Of a DNA stretch of 64,000 nt, positions 26,832 through 36,420 are shown piece after piece. The notes under the pieces were generated by a model. It was not told where the DNA came from. It was given only the letters and a program-made list of their open reading frames with translations, and did not search any database. The DNA comes from a virus. Its lineage: Duplodnaviria; Heunggongvirae; Uroviricota; Caudoviricetes. The position numbers were made by a program, and so were the translations under genes. The stretch lies in the IMG/VR virus record IMGVR_UViG_3300022750_000190, one strand, 5' to 3'. How positions within the stretch are numbered: position 1 is the stretch's first letter; each line of letters starts with the position of its first letter.

Positions 26832-29015
26832 TTATTTTAAAAGCTCAATTATGAAACTTGATTCTTTTCCTTTTTTCAATCCTGTTGTCAATTCAGAGTA
26901 AGTTACCACTACTTGATTACTTGCATTAACTTCTGCACTTTCTAATACTTTATTTTTATAGTTTGATGCTGTTATTCCACTATTACCAATATATTTATCT
27001 AAACTTTTTGGAACAGTAATTATTGGATCTTGTCCTGTTATACTTTTAAAGGCATTTACTGTTTTAACTACATTAGCTTTGTTATATTTTCCTGTGCTTA
27101 AATCATCAACTATTAAATGTAATTTATATGATTGAGATTTATCAACAGTAGATTTATCTAATGAATTAATAAAAGTTTCTAAATCAGTTTTTGTTGAAAG
27201 AGAACTTGTTTTAATTGTATTATTAGCTAACAATCCTTTTGATTTAACTGCACTTGATATTAATCCTGAATCGTCTAAGCTTGCACCAGTAGATACACAT
27301 GTATTATTGGACTCTATGAAGTTAGTTCCATTAGGATAAGTTTTAATTCCTTTTGCATCAGTTGCAACATATCGGTAAGAAGTAACTATTCCTGTATATC
27401 CTGATGGACATGCTTTTGTACTAGTTTCAGTTGTTACATCACTTACAGTAGACTTACATGTACTGTTATAAGTTGGTGGAACATTTGACTTAAATGTAGT
27501 AGTTGTTTGCTTTGTTGCACTACTATAGGTGTAAACTTTAGTACCAGATTCTATAACTTCTCCTGAATAACTACTTGGCTGTCCACCATAAACCGCAGCA
27601 CATGTTAATAGTCTAGTTGCAGGTTCGGTTGTCACTTTGTCTGGAACATTAACACATGTATTAGCTACTTCAACTTCTGTCCATACTGTTGCATTTTGCT
27701 CATTTAAAGTAGCTATTTCAGCTGCAGTTTTTCCTGAATTTGCACTGTATTCTTTGTGTGTTCTTCTCCACTCAGTAATTCTATATCCTGTTTGACCTTC
27801 TCCACACGTTTTACGACTATTGTCTTTTACATCAGGTACTGTTCTGTAACAAGTACTTGAAACAGTTGCCCAATTAGACCATGCTCTTGGTCCATCTGAC
27901 CATATTTGTCTTGAACTTGTTTGATTTATACCATTACCACCCTCAGCATATGGTGCAAAACATGCTATTGATTGTGAACGGTTTTCTGTTGATTGATAAA
28001 CAGCAGCACAAGTATTTCCTGTTGTTGTCCAGTTAGTGTAGTTGAATCTCTGACCACCATAGGAATAAGCAGTAGTCGTGTAATATTCAAATGTTCTGCT
28101 TTGTGTTATTGTTCCACTTGGCAATGTAGCTGGGCATGCTACATTTTGACTTTCAGAACCTCTAACTGCACAATAGTCATTAACATTATAATAGTTACCA
28201 TAATTACGTATAGAACCATCAGACCAGACTTCATAAGTTCTATTATGAGTATATGTACCAGATGATGTTATTCTTCCTTGTGCATCTGTTGGCGCACATT
28301 GAAAAACTGTACTTTGTGTTTCAGTTCTATTATATACTGCAGAACAATAATCAGCTACGTTATACCATCCACCAAAATTCCTTGTTGAGCCATCAGACCA
28401 CACTTCATAAGTTCTTCTTTGTAAGATATATCCACTTGGTCTGTCTGCTGGACAACTTGCAGCTTGATCTTGTGTCGCCGTATAACTCGCAACAGCAGAA
28501 CAATAATCAGCTACATTATACCATCCACCAAAATTACGAGCAGATCCGTCAGACCATACTTCATAAGTTCTTCTTTGTAATATGTAACCACTTGGCCTAT
28601 CCGCTGGACATCCTGCAGCTTGATCTTGTGTTGTAGAGTAACTATAAGTTGGCCCAACATCTGCATAGCAGACATTATAAACAACATTCGAACCAGAACC
28701 ATTTTTACCATTACCGTGAGATACAGCAATTACAACCGGACCTTTATAATAAGTCCTTCCGCCATAGTTAAAAGTAGAAATAGCTCCACCACGAGTTCCA
28801 TATACAATTTGATTATTTAATGTAATTGTAACAGCATTATTTGATGCATCCCAAATCCACCAACCATTGTTATAGGATGGTGTAGTAGTATATGGCAAAC
28901 ATGTTTCTGCTTTAACGTTGTTAGCAAAAATTAAAATAAACAATAATAATGATATTTTCAGGATAGTAAATCTGTTGATATTATTCAAAAATATTTGAAT
29001 GAAATTTTGTTGCAT
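26832..29015 (-). CDS. exported modular Cys-repeat protein, copy C (8 stalk modules)
   Basis: Signal peptide ending VKA; distinct tip; duplicated CPADRPSG module. Confidence 0.9.
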   Translation of the reverse strand: MQQNFIQIFLNNINRFTILKISLLLFILIFANNVKAETCLPYTTTPSYNNGWWIWDASNNAVTITLNNQIVYGTRGGAISTFNYGGRTYYKGPVVIAVSHGNGKNGSGSNVVYNVCYADVGPTYSYSTTQDQAAGCPADRPSGYILQRRTYEVWSDGSARNFGGWYNVADYCSAVASYTATQDQAASCPADRPSGYILQRRTYEVWSDGSTRNFGGWYNVADYCSAVYNRTETQSTVFQCAPTDAQGRITSSGTYTHNRTYEVWSDGSIRNYGNYYNVNDYCAVRGSESQNVACPATLPSGTITQSRTFEYYTTTAYSYGGQRFNYTNWTTTGNTCAAVYQSTENRSQSIACFAPYAEGGNGINQTSSRQIWSDGPRAWSNWATVSSTCYRTVPDVKDNSRKTCGEGQTGYRITEWRRTHKEYSANSGKTAAEIATLNEQNATVWTEVEVANTCVNVPDKVTTEPATRLLTCAAVYGGQPSSYSGEVIESGTKVYTYSSATKQTTTTFKSNVPPTYNSTCKSTVSDVTTETSTKACPSGYTGIVTSYRYVATDAKGIKTYPNGTNFIESNNTCVSTGASLDDSGLISSAVKSKGLLANNTIKTSSLSTKTDLETFINSLDKSTVDKSQSYKLHLIVDDLSTGKYNKANVVKTVNAFKSITGQDPIITVPKSLDKYIGNSGITASNYKNKVLESAEVNASNQVVVTYSELTTGLKKGKESSFIIELLK

Positions 29016-29237
29016 TTATTTCTCATTTGTGTTTAAAAAAATACTAACATTACAACTTTATGTCAAAATAGTTAGCAAGCTAATCATTAATTAAAGTAAC
29101 TTTTTTTAAGCCTTTATTTGTATGCATATTATGCATATAATATTTTTTTATTTATTTTTATTTTTTTTATTAGAGCAAATGCACTATATTAAAAAAAAGC
29201 CACTTTTTAATAGTGACCTTTAATTTAATTATTTATA

Positions 29238-31037
29238 TCAAAATAAATTTATAGTAAAAGTTGATGTAGCTCCTTCCTTGATTCCTGTTGTTAATTCTGA
29301 ATATTTAACAATAATTTGATTGTTTGAATTAACAATAGCACTTTTAAAAACTTTGTTTTTATAGTTTGAAGCTGTTATTCCTCCATTGCCTATATATTTA
29401 TCCAAACTTTGTGGGACAGTAATTATTGGATCTTGTCCTGTTACTGATTTGAAAGCAGCAACTGTTTTTGTAACGTTAGCTTTATTGTATTTCCCTGTAC
29501 TTAAATCATCAACTATTAAATGTAATTTATATGTATTTGAATAATCAATTGTAGATTTATCAAGTGTTTTAATGAATGTTTCTAAATCTGTATTTGTATT
29601 TAAAGAACTTGTTTTTATTGTGTTATTCGCCAATAATCCTTTTGATTTGACTGTACTTGATATTAATCCTGAATCATCTAAACTTGCACCAGTTGATACA
29701 CATGTATTATTTGATTCTATAAAATCTGCTCCATTAGGATATGTTTTAACTCCCTTAGAATCTGTTGCAACATATCTATAAGATGTTATTGTTCCTGTAT
29801 ATCCTGATGGACATGCTTTAGTGCTTGTTTCAGTAGTTACATCACTTACAGTAGATTTGCATGTACTATTATAAGTTGGCGGAATGTTTGATTTAAATGT
29901 AGTAGTCGTTTGCTTCGATACACTACTATATGTATATACTTTAGTGCCAGTTTCTGTTACTTCGCCAGTATAATCACTTGTTTGACCGCCATAAACACTC
30001 GCGCATGTTAACAATCTTGTTCCGGGTTCGGTTGTTACTTTATCCGGTACATTTGTACATGTATTTGCCACCTCTACCTCAGTCCATGCAGTTGCATTTT
30101 TTTCATTTTCTATAGCTAATTGGGCAGGAGTTAAATTTGATTGAGATATGTATTCTACATGAGTTCTTCTCCATTCAGTAACTCTATATCCTGTTTGACC
30201 TTCACCACATGTTTTACGACTATTATCCTTCACATCTGAAACAGTTTTAGAACATGCGAATTCTACTGTGGTCCATGCTGACCATGCTCTTGGACCATCA
30301 GACCATATCTGCCTTGTCCCTGTCTGTTTTAATCCTGCACCATTTGGATAAGTTGAAGGACATGCAACTGTTTGGGAACGGCTTTCTGTTGTTTGATAAA
30401 CCGCAGCACAAGTATTTGAAGTTACATACCAAGCTGAATAATTCTGAACTGAACCATCTGAAAACACTTGATAACTTTGAGCCATATTAATTACACCACT
30501 TGGCTGGGTAGCTGGACAAGCAGAAGTGGTATAATTATATCCTGTATAACTATAAACAGCAGAACAGTAATCAGCTACGTTATACCATGCTCCAAAGTTA
30601 CGAGCAGAACCATCCGTCCATACTTCATATGTTCTTCTTTGCAAAATATAACCACTAGGACGAGTTGCAGGACAGCCAGCAGCTTGATCTTGAGTAGTTG
30701 TATAACTGAAAGCAACAGCAGGAGTAACTGTACAAACTTCATATTCATAACGCTCATTTGAACAGTTTTTTCCTCCTAAACATCCTTTATCCCTGTAAGC
30801 ACCAACACCATACGTTTGACCATTATAAACAATAGTTCCATTAGCCCCCTGCATTGTTCCTATGAATTTACCAAGCCACAAACTATAGGTTTCCGAACCT
30901 ACTGCACCAACTACTTTAGTAAAAGCATATGCATAAACTCCATTTCTAGTAACCGAAGTATACACACAATTTGCATACGCATTAGACATTGTTAATAACG
31001 AAAACATTATTATTAATTTTTTTAATATTCTGACCAT
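29238..31037 (-). CDS. exported modular Cys-repeat protein, copy D (6 stalk modules)
   Basis: Signal peptide ending AYA; tip has an extra Cys pair (CLGGKNC). Confidence 0.9.
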   Translation of the reverse strand: MVRILKKLIIMFSLLTMSNAYANCVYTSVTRNGVYAYAFTKVVGAVGSETYSLWLGKFIGTMQGANGTIVYNGQTYGVGAYRDKGCLGGKNCSNERYEYEVCTVTPAVAFSYTTTQDQAAGCPATRPSGYILQRRTYEVWTDGSARNFGAWYNVADYCSAVYSYTGYNYTTSACPATQPSGVINMAQSYQVFSDGSVQNYSAWYVTSNTCAAVYQTTESRSQTVACPSTYPNGAGLKQTGTRQIWSDGPRAWSAWTTVEFACSKTVSDVKDNSRKTCGEGQTGYRVTEWRRTHVEYISQSNLTPAQLAIENEKNATAWTEVEVANTCTNVPDKVTTEPGTRLLTCASVYGGQTSDYTGEVTETGTKVYTYSSVSKQTTTTFKSNIPPTYNSTCKSTVSDVTTETSTKACPSGYTGTITSYRYVATDSKGVKTYPNGADFIESNNTCVSTGASLDDSGLISSTVKSKGLLANNTIKTSSLNTNTDLETFIKTLDKSTIDYSNTYKLHLIVDDLSTGKYNKANVTKTVAAFKSVTGQDPIITVPQSLDKYIGNGGITASNYKNKVFKSAIVNSNNQIIVKYSELTTGIKEGATSTFTINLF

Positions 31038-31345
31038 TTTTTTCTTTTCTTATTTATATAAAAAAATATAACATTAAAAAAAGCAAAATAAATAAATAGA
31101 AATCCTCTGTAAGCTTTGATTCATAAGGGTTTGACAGTTTTATAACTTTGGAATTTTACGCCTGATTTTTAAGAAATAAAAATCAAAATATCCAAATGAA
31201 TATATCCAAAAATAGATATAATCTATTTTTTTTGAAAAAACTCATTTATCAAAAATATTCAAACAGATACTTTTAAAAAACAACAAATATCAAAAATATT
31301 TATATTTTTCTCCTTAAATATAAATAAAAAAAATAAAAAATAAAT

Positions 31346-31375
31346 AAAAAAAACCACCATATCAATGGTGGCTTT
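31346..31375 (-). terminator. terminator of copy E
   Basis: A-tract CCACCAT-ATCA-ATGGTGG. Confidence 0.75.
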
Positions 31376-31389
31376 CCTAAACTCTTTAT

Positions 31390-33186
31390 TTATTTAAGTA
31401 AGTCAACAGTAAATGATGAACTTGCGCCCTCTTTTATACCAGTAGTCAATTCAGAATAAGTGACCTTCACTTGGTTGTTACCATTTAACACTGCACTTTC
31501 AAACACTTTGTTTTTGTAATTAGAGGCTGTAATCCCACCATTACCTATATATTTATCTAAGCTTTGTGGAACAGTGATTATAGGATCTTGTCCTGTTACG
31601 CCTTTAAATGCATTAACTGTTTTTACTACGTTTGCTTTGTTATACTTTCCTGTACTTAAATCATCAACTATCAAATACAATTTATATGTTTCACCAGTAG
31701 ACACTGTTGATTTGTCTAAAGTTTTAATGAATGTATCTAAATCTGTTTTTGTACTCAATGAACTCGTTTTTATTGTGTTATTAGCCAATAATCCTTTTGA
31801 TTTGGCAGTACTTGCAACTATGTTTGAATCATCTATGCTGGCACCAGTAGATACACATGTATTACTTGCTTCTATAAAGTCAGTTCCATTAGGATAAGTT
31901 TTAACTCCTTTAGCATCTGTTGCAACATATCTGTAAGAAGTAATTGTTCCTGAATATCCTGTTGGACACGCTTTTGTACTAGTTTCAGTTGTTACATCAC
32001 TTCTTGATGACTTACATGTACTGCTATAAGTTGGTGGAACATTCGACTTAAATGTAGTTGTTGTTTGCTTAGTTGCACTACTATAAGTATATACTGTTGT
32101 TCCACTTTCAACTACTTCTCCTGTATAGTCACTTGCTTGTCCACCATAAACACTCGCACAAGTTAACAATCTTGTTCCCGGAGTAGTAGTAACTTTATCT
32201 GGCACATTAACACAAGTATTAGCCACTTCAACTTCTGTCCAAACAGTTGCATATTGTTCGTTTAATGCTGCAATTTCTGCCGGTGTTTTACCACTATTCG
32301 CACTATATTCTTTGTGTGTTCTTCTCCATTCAGTAATTCTGTACCCTGTTTGACCTTCGCCACATGTTTTTCTAGAATTATCTTTTACGTCAGATACTGT
32401 TTTATAACAAGTACTTGAAACAGTTGCCCATGCAGACCAAGCTTTTGCTCCATCAGACCATATTTGTCTTGAACTTGTTTGAGTTATTCCATTACCACCC
32501 TCAGCATATGGTGCAAAACATGCTATCGTTTGTGAACGCCCCTCTGTTGATTGATAAACAGCTACACAAGTATTAGATGTTACATACCATGCAGAATAAT
32601 TTCTCACAGAACCGTCTGTAAATACTTGATAGCTTTGAGCCATATTTATTATTCCACTAGGCTGTGTTGCTGGACAAGCAGAAGTTGTATAATTATAACC
32701 TGTGTAACTTGCTACCGCTGTACAATAATCTGCTACATTATACCATCCGCCAAAGTTTCTTGTAGAACCATCAGACCAAACTTCATACGTTCTTCTTTGA
32801 AGAATATATCCACTTGGTCTGTCTGCTGGGCAACCAGCAGCTTGATCTTGTGTTGTTGTATAGCTATAAGTTGGTCCTGCTGGCGCAACAGTACAAGCTT
32901 CATATTCCCAACGCTCACTAGTACCATTTTTACCTAAACTTATTTTATCTCTATATGCACCACGAGCATAAGTTACTCCATTATAAGTTATGGTTCCAGT
33001 AGCGCTACTTATTGTCCCTATATAAGTTCCTAAATATAAACTGTAACTTCCGGTAGGTCCGCCGCCTTCAAAACCATAGGCATAAACGCCGTTTCTTTGA
33101 AAAGATGTCCATACACAATCGGCACTCGCAATTGAAGTTATTCCCATTAATATCATAAGGGATAAAATTGATAATATTTTTTTCAT
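31390..33186 (-). CDS. exported modular Cys-repeat protein, copy E (6 stalk modules)
   Basis: Likely start ATG 33186 (MKKILSIL...IASA signal peptide); tip related to copy D. Confidence 0.9.
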   Translation of the reverse strand: MKKILSILSLMILMGITSIASADCVWTSFQRNGVYAYGFEGGGPTGSYSLYLGTYIGTISSATGTITYNGVTYARGAYRDKISLGKNGTSERWEYEACTVAPAGPTYSYTTTQDQAAGCPADRPSGYILQRRTYEVWSDGSTRNFGGWYNVADYCTAVASYTGYNYTTSACPATQPSGIINMAQSYQVFTDGSVRNYSAWYVTSNTCVAVYQSTEGRSQTIACFAPYAEGGNGITQTSSRQIWSDGAKAWSAWATVSSTCYKTVSDVKDNSRKTCGEGQTGYRITEWRRTHKEYSANSGKTPAEIAALNEQYATVWTEVEVANTCVNVPDKVTTTPGTRLLTCASVYGGQASDYTGEVVESGTTVYTYSSATKQTTTTFKSNVPPTYSSTCKSSRSDVTTETSTKACPTGYSGTITSYRYVATDAKGVKTYPNGTDFIEASNTCVSTGASIDDSNIVASTAKSKGLLANNTIKTSSLSTKTDLDTFIKTLDKSTVSTGETYKLYLIVDDLSTGKYNKANVVKTVNAFKGVTGQDPIITVPQSLDKYIGNGGITASNYKNKVFESAVLNGNNQVKVTYSELTTGIKEGASSSFTVDLLK

Positions 33187-33491
33187 TTTTATTTTTATTC
33201 TGGTGTGATACTCAAATAATAACACTTGTTTTTATTTTCATATGCACTCAAATGATGATAGTTTATAAAATGGCACATAAGCCCTACAACTCCAGCTTTT
33301 AAAGGGTATACACGCCATATTCAACTGGATTGTTTTGAAAATTTTTCTATAATTTTACTTTCGTAACACAACCCATTTGAATACATTTTTACAACCTTAA
33401 AAATATATTTCTTATATACAACTTTTTACTTAAAATTTATAAAAAAATAGATTATATGATACGATAATTTAAAATTAAATAGGAAATAACA

Positions 33492-34037
33492 ATGGAAAAC
33501 AATGTAGATGATATATCTTTTTTAGAACAACGTCGCGTTCCTTTAAGGGCAATAATTGGAGTAATAATTTTTTCTATTATTACTGTTCAAGGTTTTAGAA
33601 TGGGGCAAAATGGTTTAGCTTATATAATGCTTGTTTGTACTTTATGGATGCTAGGTATCGCAATATTAAATCGTAAAGCTGGATCTCAAATATTAATGAC
33701 GCTTAAAAAAGATGGCATCTTATTCTTTAATGCTGATGGCATTGTTCCTTACACATCCATTCAAGACATAGAAGTTGAATGTTACAATGGTATGGCTCAC
33801 ATGCAACTGAACTCTGTTTTCCATATAATCTCAGAAAAAGCAAACACATTACCAAACTTTAAAGATAGCAGACTTAAGATTTTCTTTAAAATGCCAAGTT
33901 CACGTAAAGGAAAAGGTTTCCGTAAACATTTAGTTGTTTTTAACTATGGCGGGCTTGTTACAACAGATGGAATAAAGGTTAAAGCAGATGATTTATCTGA
34001 TGAATTAATTTATAGAATTCAAAAAGCAAACGAATAA
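33492..34037 (+). CDS. membrane protein (2 N-terminal TM plus soluble domain)
   Basis: Two hydrophobic helices; divergent from the array; AGGA RBS. Confidence 0.75.
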   Translation: MENNVDDISFLEQRRVPLRAIIGVIIFSIITVQGFRMGQNGLAYIMLVCTLWMLGIAILNRKAGSQILMTLKKDGILFFNADGIVPYTSIQDIEVECYNGMAHMQLNSVFHIISEKANTLPNFKDSRLKIFFKMPSSRKGKGFRKHLVVFNYGGLVTTDGIKVKADDLSDELIYRIQKANE

Positions 34038-34052
34038 TTAAAATAAATATAG

Positions 34053-34079
34053 AAAAAGACGCCATCTGGTGTCTTTTTT
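34053..34079 (+). terminator. rho-independent terminator
   Basis: AAAAAGACGCC-ATCT-GGTGTCTTTTT. Confidence 0.75.
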
Positions 34080-34179
34080 ATTTAAAACATAAAGCTTAGC
34101 AAAAAATAAAAAACGTCTTGATTTCGTGTTCTTGTTGCATTATAATAGCCCTATCATTCACTCCCTTCTGGAGCAAATC

Positions 34180-34386
34180 ATGGGTCAAGCTAAAAATCGT
34201 GGCAATTTCGAAGAACGCCAATCTAAAGCAATCATTGTAAATCAAGAACGAAAAGAAGCTCTTGAACGAGTTCGAGCTATCAATGAAGCAAATATGACGC
34301 CTGAACAACGAAAGAATCGTCGCCATGCTCGAAATTTCATGGCTATTGCTGCTGGACTTTCTATTGGTGGGTTTGGCGGCTTCTAA
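34180..34386 (+). CDS. small basic hypothetical protein
   Basis: MGQAKNRGNFEER start; GGAG RBS. Confidence 0.8.
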   Translation: MGQAKNRGNFEERQSKAIIVNQERKEALERVRAINEANMTPEQRKNRRHARNFMAIAAGLSIGGFGGF

Positions 34387-34414
34387 CCTCCCTGAACTTA
34401 AAGGTAAATAAAAA

Positions 34415-34813
34415 ATGAAAGACCAATTTATTAAACAAAACATTGATTTTAATCGCAAAATCAATGATATTCATATTATTGATTTGGATAAATCCTTGTT
34501 TTCGGGAACCATTGATAGCATTGTAAATTCTTTGGCATTGCTGAAAGAAGAACATGGTAATGATGTAATGGTCAAGCATACACATTGTGCAAGTCAAGAT
34601 GCATTTTCTGCTGGACATGATAAATACATTCTTGTGAAACCTATGCAAGAAAATGATCTTGAATATGACAAACGAATTAAAAAAGAACAAAAACATTTTG
34701 GTATGATTTTTGATGTTCGAGCACAAGCAATTGTAGAAAAGGCTCTGAATAATAGAAAACTCTCTGTTGAAGAAAAAGAAATTCTAGCAAGTATTAGTCC
34801 AAAAGTTAAGTAA
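34415..34813 (+). CDS. hypothetical protein
   Basis: 132 aa, AAGGT RBS. Confidence 0.75.
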   Translation: MKDQFIKQNIDFNRKINDIHIIDLDKSLFSGTIDSIVNSLALLKEEHGNDVMVKHTHCASQDAFSAGHDKYILVKPMQENDLEYDKRIKKEQKHFGMIFDVRAQAIVEKALNNRKLSVEEKEILASISPKVK

Positions 34814-34849
34814 TACCACTAAATATAAATCATAATTTTAAAGGTTAAA

Positions 34850-35266
34850 ATGATGCAAAAACAAGGTATTTACATTGCTAGTCGTGCTAGCTTTCCTCAA
34901 CACCCTGCCAACTGGCGTAAACTACGTGACGTTGATGGTTGGAATGTTACTTGCTCTTGGATTGATGAAGCTGGCGCTGGTGAAACGGCTGATTTTTCCG
35001 AGCTTTGGTCTCGAATCGAAGCAGAAATCAAAGACTCTGAACGTCTCATTCTCTATGTAGAACCAGAAGACTTTCCATTGAAAGGTGCTTTGATTGAAGC
35101 TGGCATGGCTCTTGCATTAGGCATCAAAGTTTTTATTGTTGCTAAAGATCTTGTCTTGGAAAAGCCAAACTTCCGTCCTATTGGCTCTTGGATTAATCAT
35201 CCGCTTGTTCAAATGGTCGATTCGATGGAAACAGCCTTGATTGGCGCACATCGTAGACAAATTTAA
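34850..35266 (+). CDS. nucleoside 2-deoxyribosyltransferase-like (NDT fold) protein
   Basis: IYIAS, SWIDE, GALIEAGMALALGIKV. Confidence 0.65.
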   Translation: MMQKQGIYIASRASFPQHPANWRKLRDVDGWNVTCSWIDEAGAGETADFSELWSRIEAEIKDSERLILYVEPEDFPLKGALIEAGMALALGIKVFIVAKDLVLEKPNFRPIGSWINHPLVQMVDSMETALIGAHRRQI

Positions 35267-35292
35267 TTTCATAAATAATTGAGGAATAAAAA

Positions 35293-35586
35293 ATGCCAGT
35301 TCTAGTAAAATGGTCTGCCAACAACGAAGAGGTTTTTGAAGAATTCAAAATTATTCGGAACCAAACTTTTGCAGAAGTCCAAGAAATTATTGATACATTT
35401 ATTGAAAATTTTGAGGAAGAGCATAACGGCGAAATCACTCCACTTTCTGGTTACTCTTTCCATGAAGATGATTTTTCACCAGAAGCTTTTGAAGTGTTTG
35501 CAATTTCAGAATCAGAAGCTGATGCACTTGAAAAATACCTTGGAGCCAGTTTCGGTCTTGGTGCTTTGCACTACGTTTTTAATTGA
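35293..35586 (+). CDS. acidic hypothetical protein
   Basis: GAGG RBS, Glu-rich. Confidence 0.75.
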   Translation: MPVLVKWSANNEEVFEEFKIIRNQTFAEVQEIIDTFIENFEEEHNGEITPLSGYSFHEDDFSPEAFEVFAISESEADALEKYLGASFGLGALHYVFN

Positions 35587-35638
35587 TTAACATACAATGC
35601 AGGTTTTAAAGCCCGCATTTCCCATTGAGTTCTAAAAA

Positions 35639-36127
35639 ATGTCGAAGAAGAGACCGTCTAGTAACGGATTGCTTGATATTAAAAAAGTTCAAGCTTATTT
35701 CGAACTTATTGATCGCATTTCCAAAAACACCCCTCATTCCAACATGGAAGATGTAGAAACATTTAAAAAAGAATTGTTAATCAAACTCAATTTAAACATG
35801 GAAACTTTTCCTCCACTAAATACATACACTTTTAAAATTGAGTCAATCGAAAAGGCAAAAACAAAACTCCATATCTTTCCAGCTTCGCACACAATAGTAT
35901 TAAAATTATCAAAATTTAACAATAATGAAGAATCAGGACTTATACAAAGAGCAGTCAAAGCATTTGTAAATATTAACGGTTCAGCCATTCTTGAAAGAAC
36001 GCATCGTGGGGAAGTATCAATTCAAACTGATAATATTGTATGGATTTCAACAAAAACAGATGATAACAGAAGCAAATTACGTTATCATTATGACCTTGAA
36101 AAAGAAAACACAATGCTTGCAAATTGA
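35639..36127 (+). CDS. hypothetical protein
   Basis: 162-aa ORF. Confidence 0.65.
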   Translation: MSKKRPSSNGLLDIKKVQAYFELIDRISKNTPHSNMEDVETFKKELLIKLNLNMETFPPLNTYTFKIESIEKAKTKLHIFPASHTIVLKLSKFNNNEESGLIQRAVKAFVNINGSAILERTHRGEVSIQTDNIVWISTKTDDNRSKLRYHYDLEKENTMLAN

Positions 36128-36172
36128 TTTTTTCTGTATTATAATGTCAATCTTACTAGAAAGGTATATATT

Positions 36173-36394
36173 GTGATTGAGTCAAATAAAATCACCAGTT
36201 TAATCGAATATAAAAACAGAAAAGAAAAACCAAAACAATCTGTTTTCCCTGATGATATGGTGATGGGCTTTCAATTAAACTCGACCATCACTGATGAGGA
36301 AGTAAAGTCTTTCATGGAAGAGTTAAGTAATGGAAAAGCTTATATGACATTTTCTTTCGACTCTTCCAAAGTACTAGCTTTTAAAAAACCATAA
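36173..36394 (+). CDS. small hypothetical protein
   Basis: 73 aa, promoter and AAGGT RBS. Confidence 0.65.
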   Translation: MIESNKITSLIEYKNRKEKPKQSVFPDDMVMGFQLNSTITDEEVKSFMEELSNGKAYMTFSFDSSKVLAFKKP

Positions 36395-36420
36395 AATTAA
36401 TTTATAAAGAGATACCTAGA

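Noticed and set aside
23146-32937. Plus-strand ORFs overlapping the array (e.g. 23146, 25131, 29572, 31574, 32551)
   Set aside because: They are antisense shadows of the conserved minus-strand frames, with no RBS or promoter support.
22758-33186. CRISPR array or non-coding tandem repeats
   Set aside because: The repeats are long, degenerate at third codon positions and lie in frame within ORFs. There is no repeat-spacer periodicity and no cas gene.
22758-33186. Diversity-generating retroelement or shufflon acting on the array
   Set aside because: No reverse transcriptase, no TR/VR pair differing only at adenines, no recombinase and no inverted sfx-like sites. All copies are complete, co-oriented genes. 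A trans-acting factor outside the window is not excluded.
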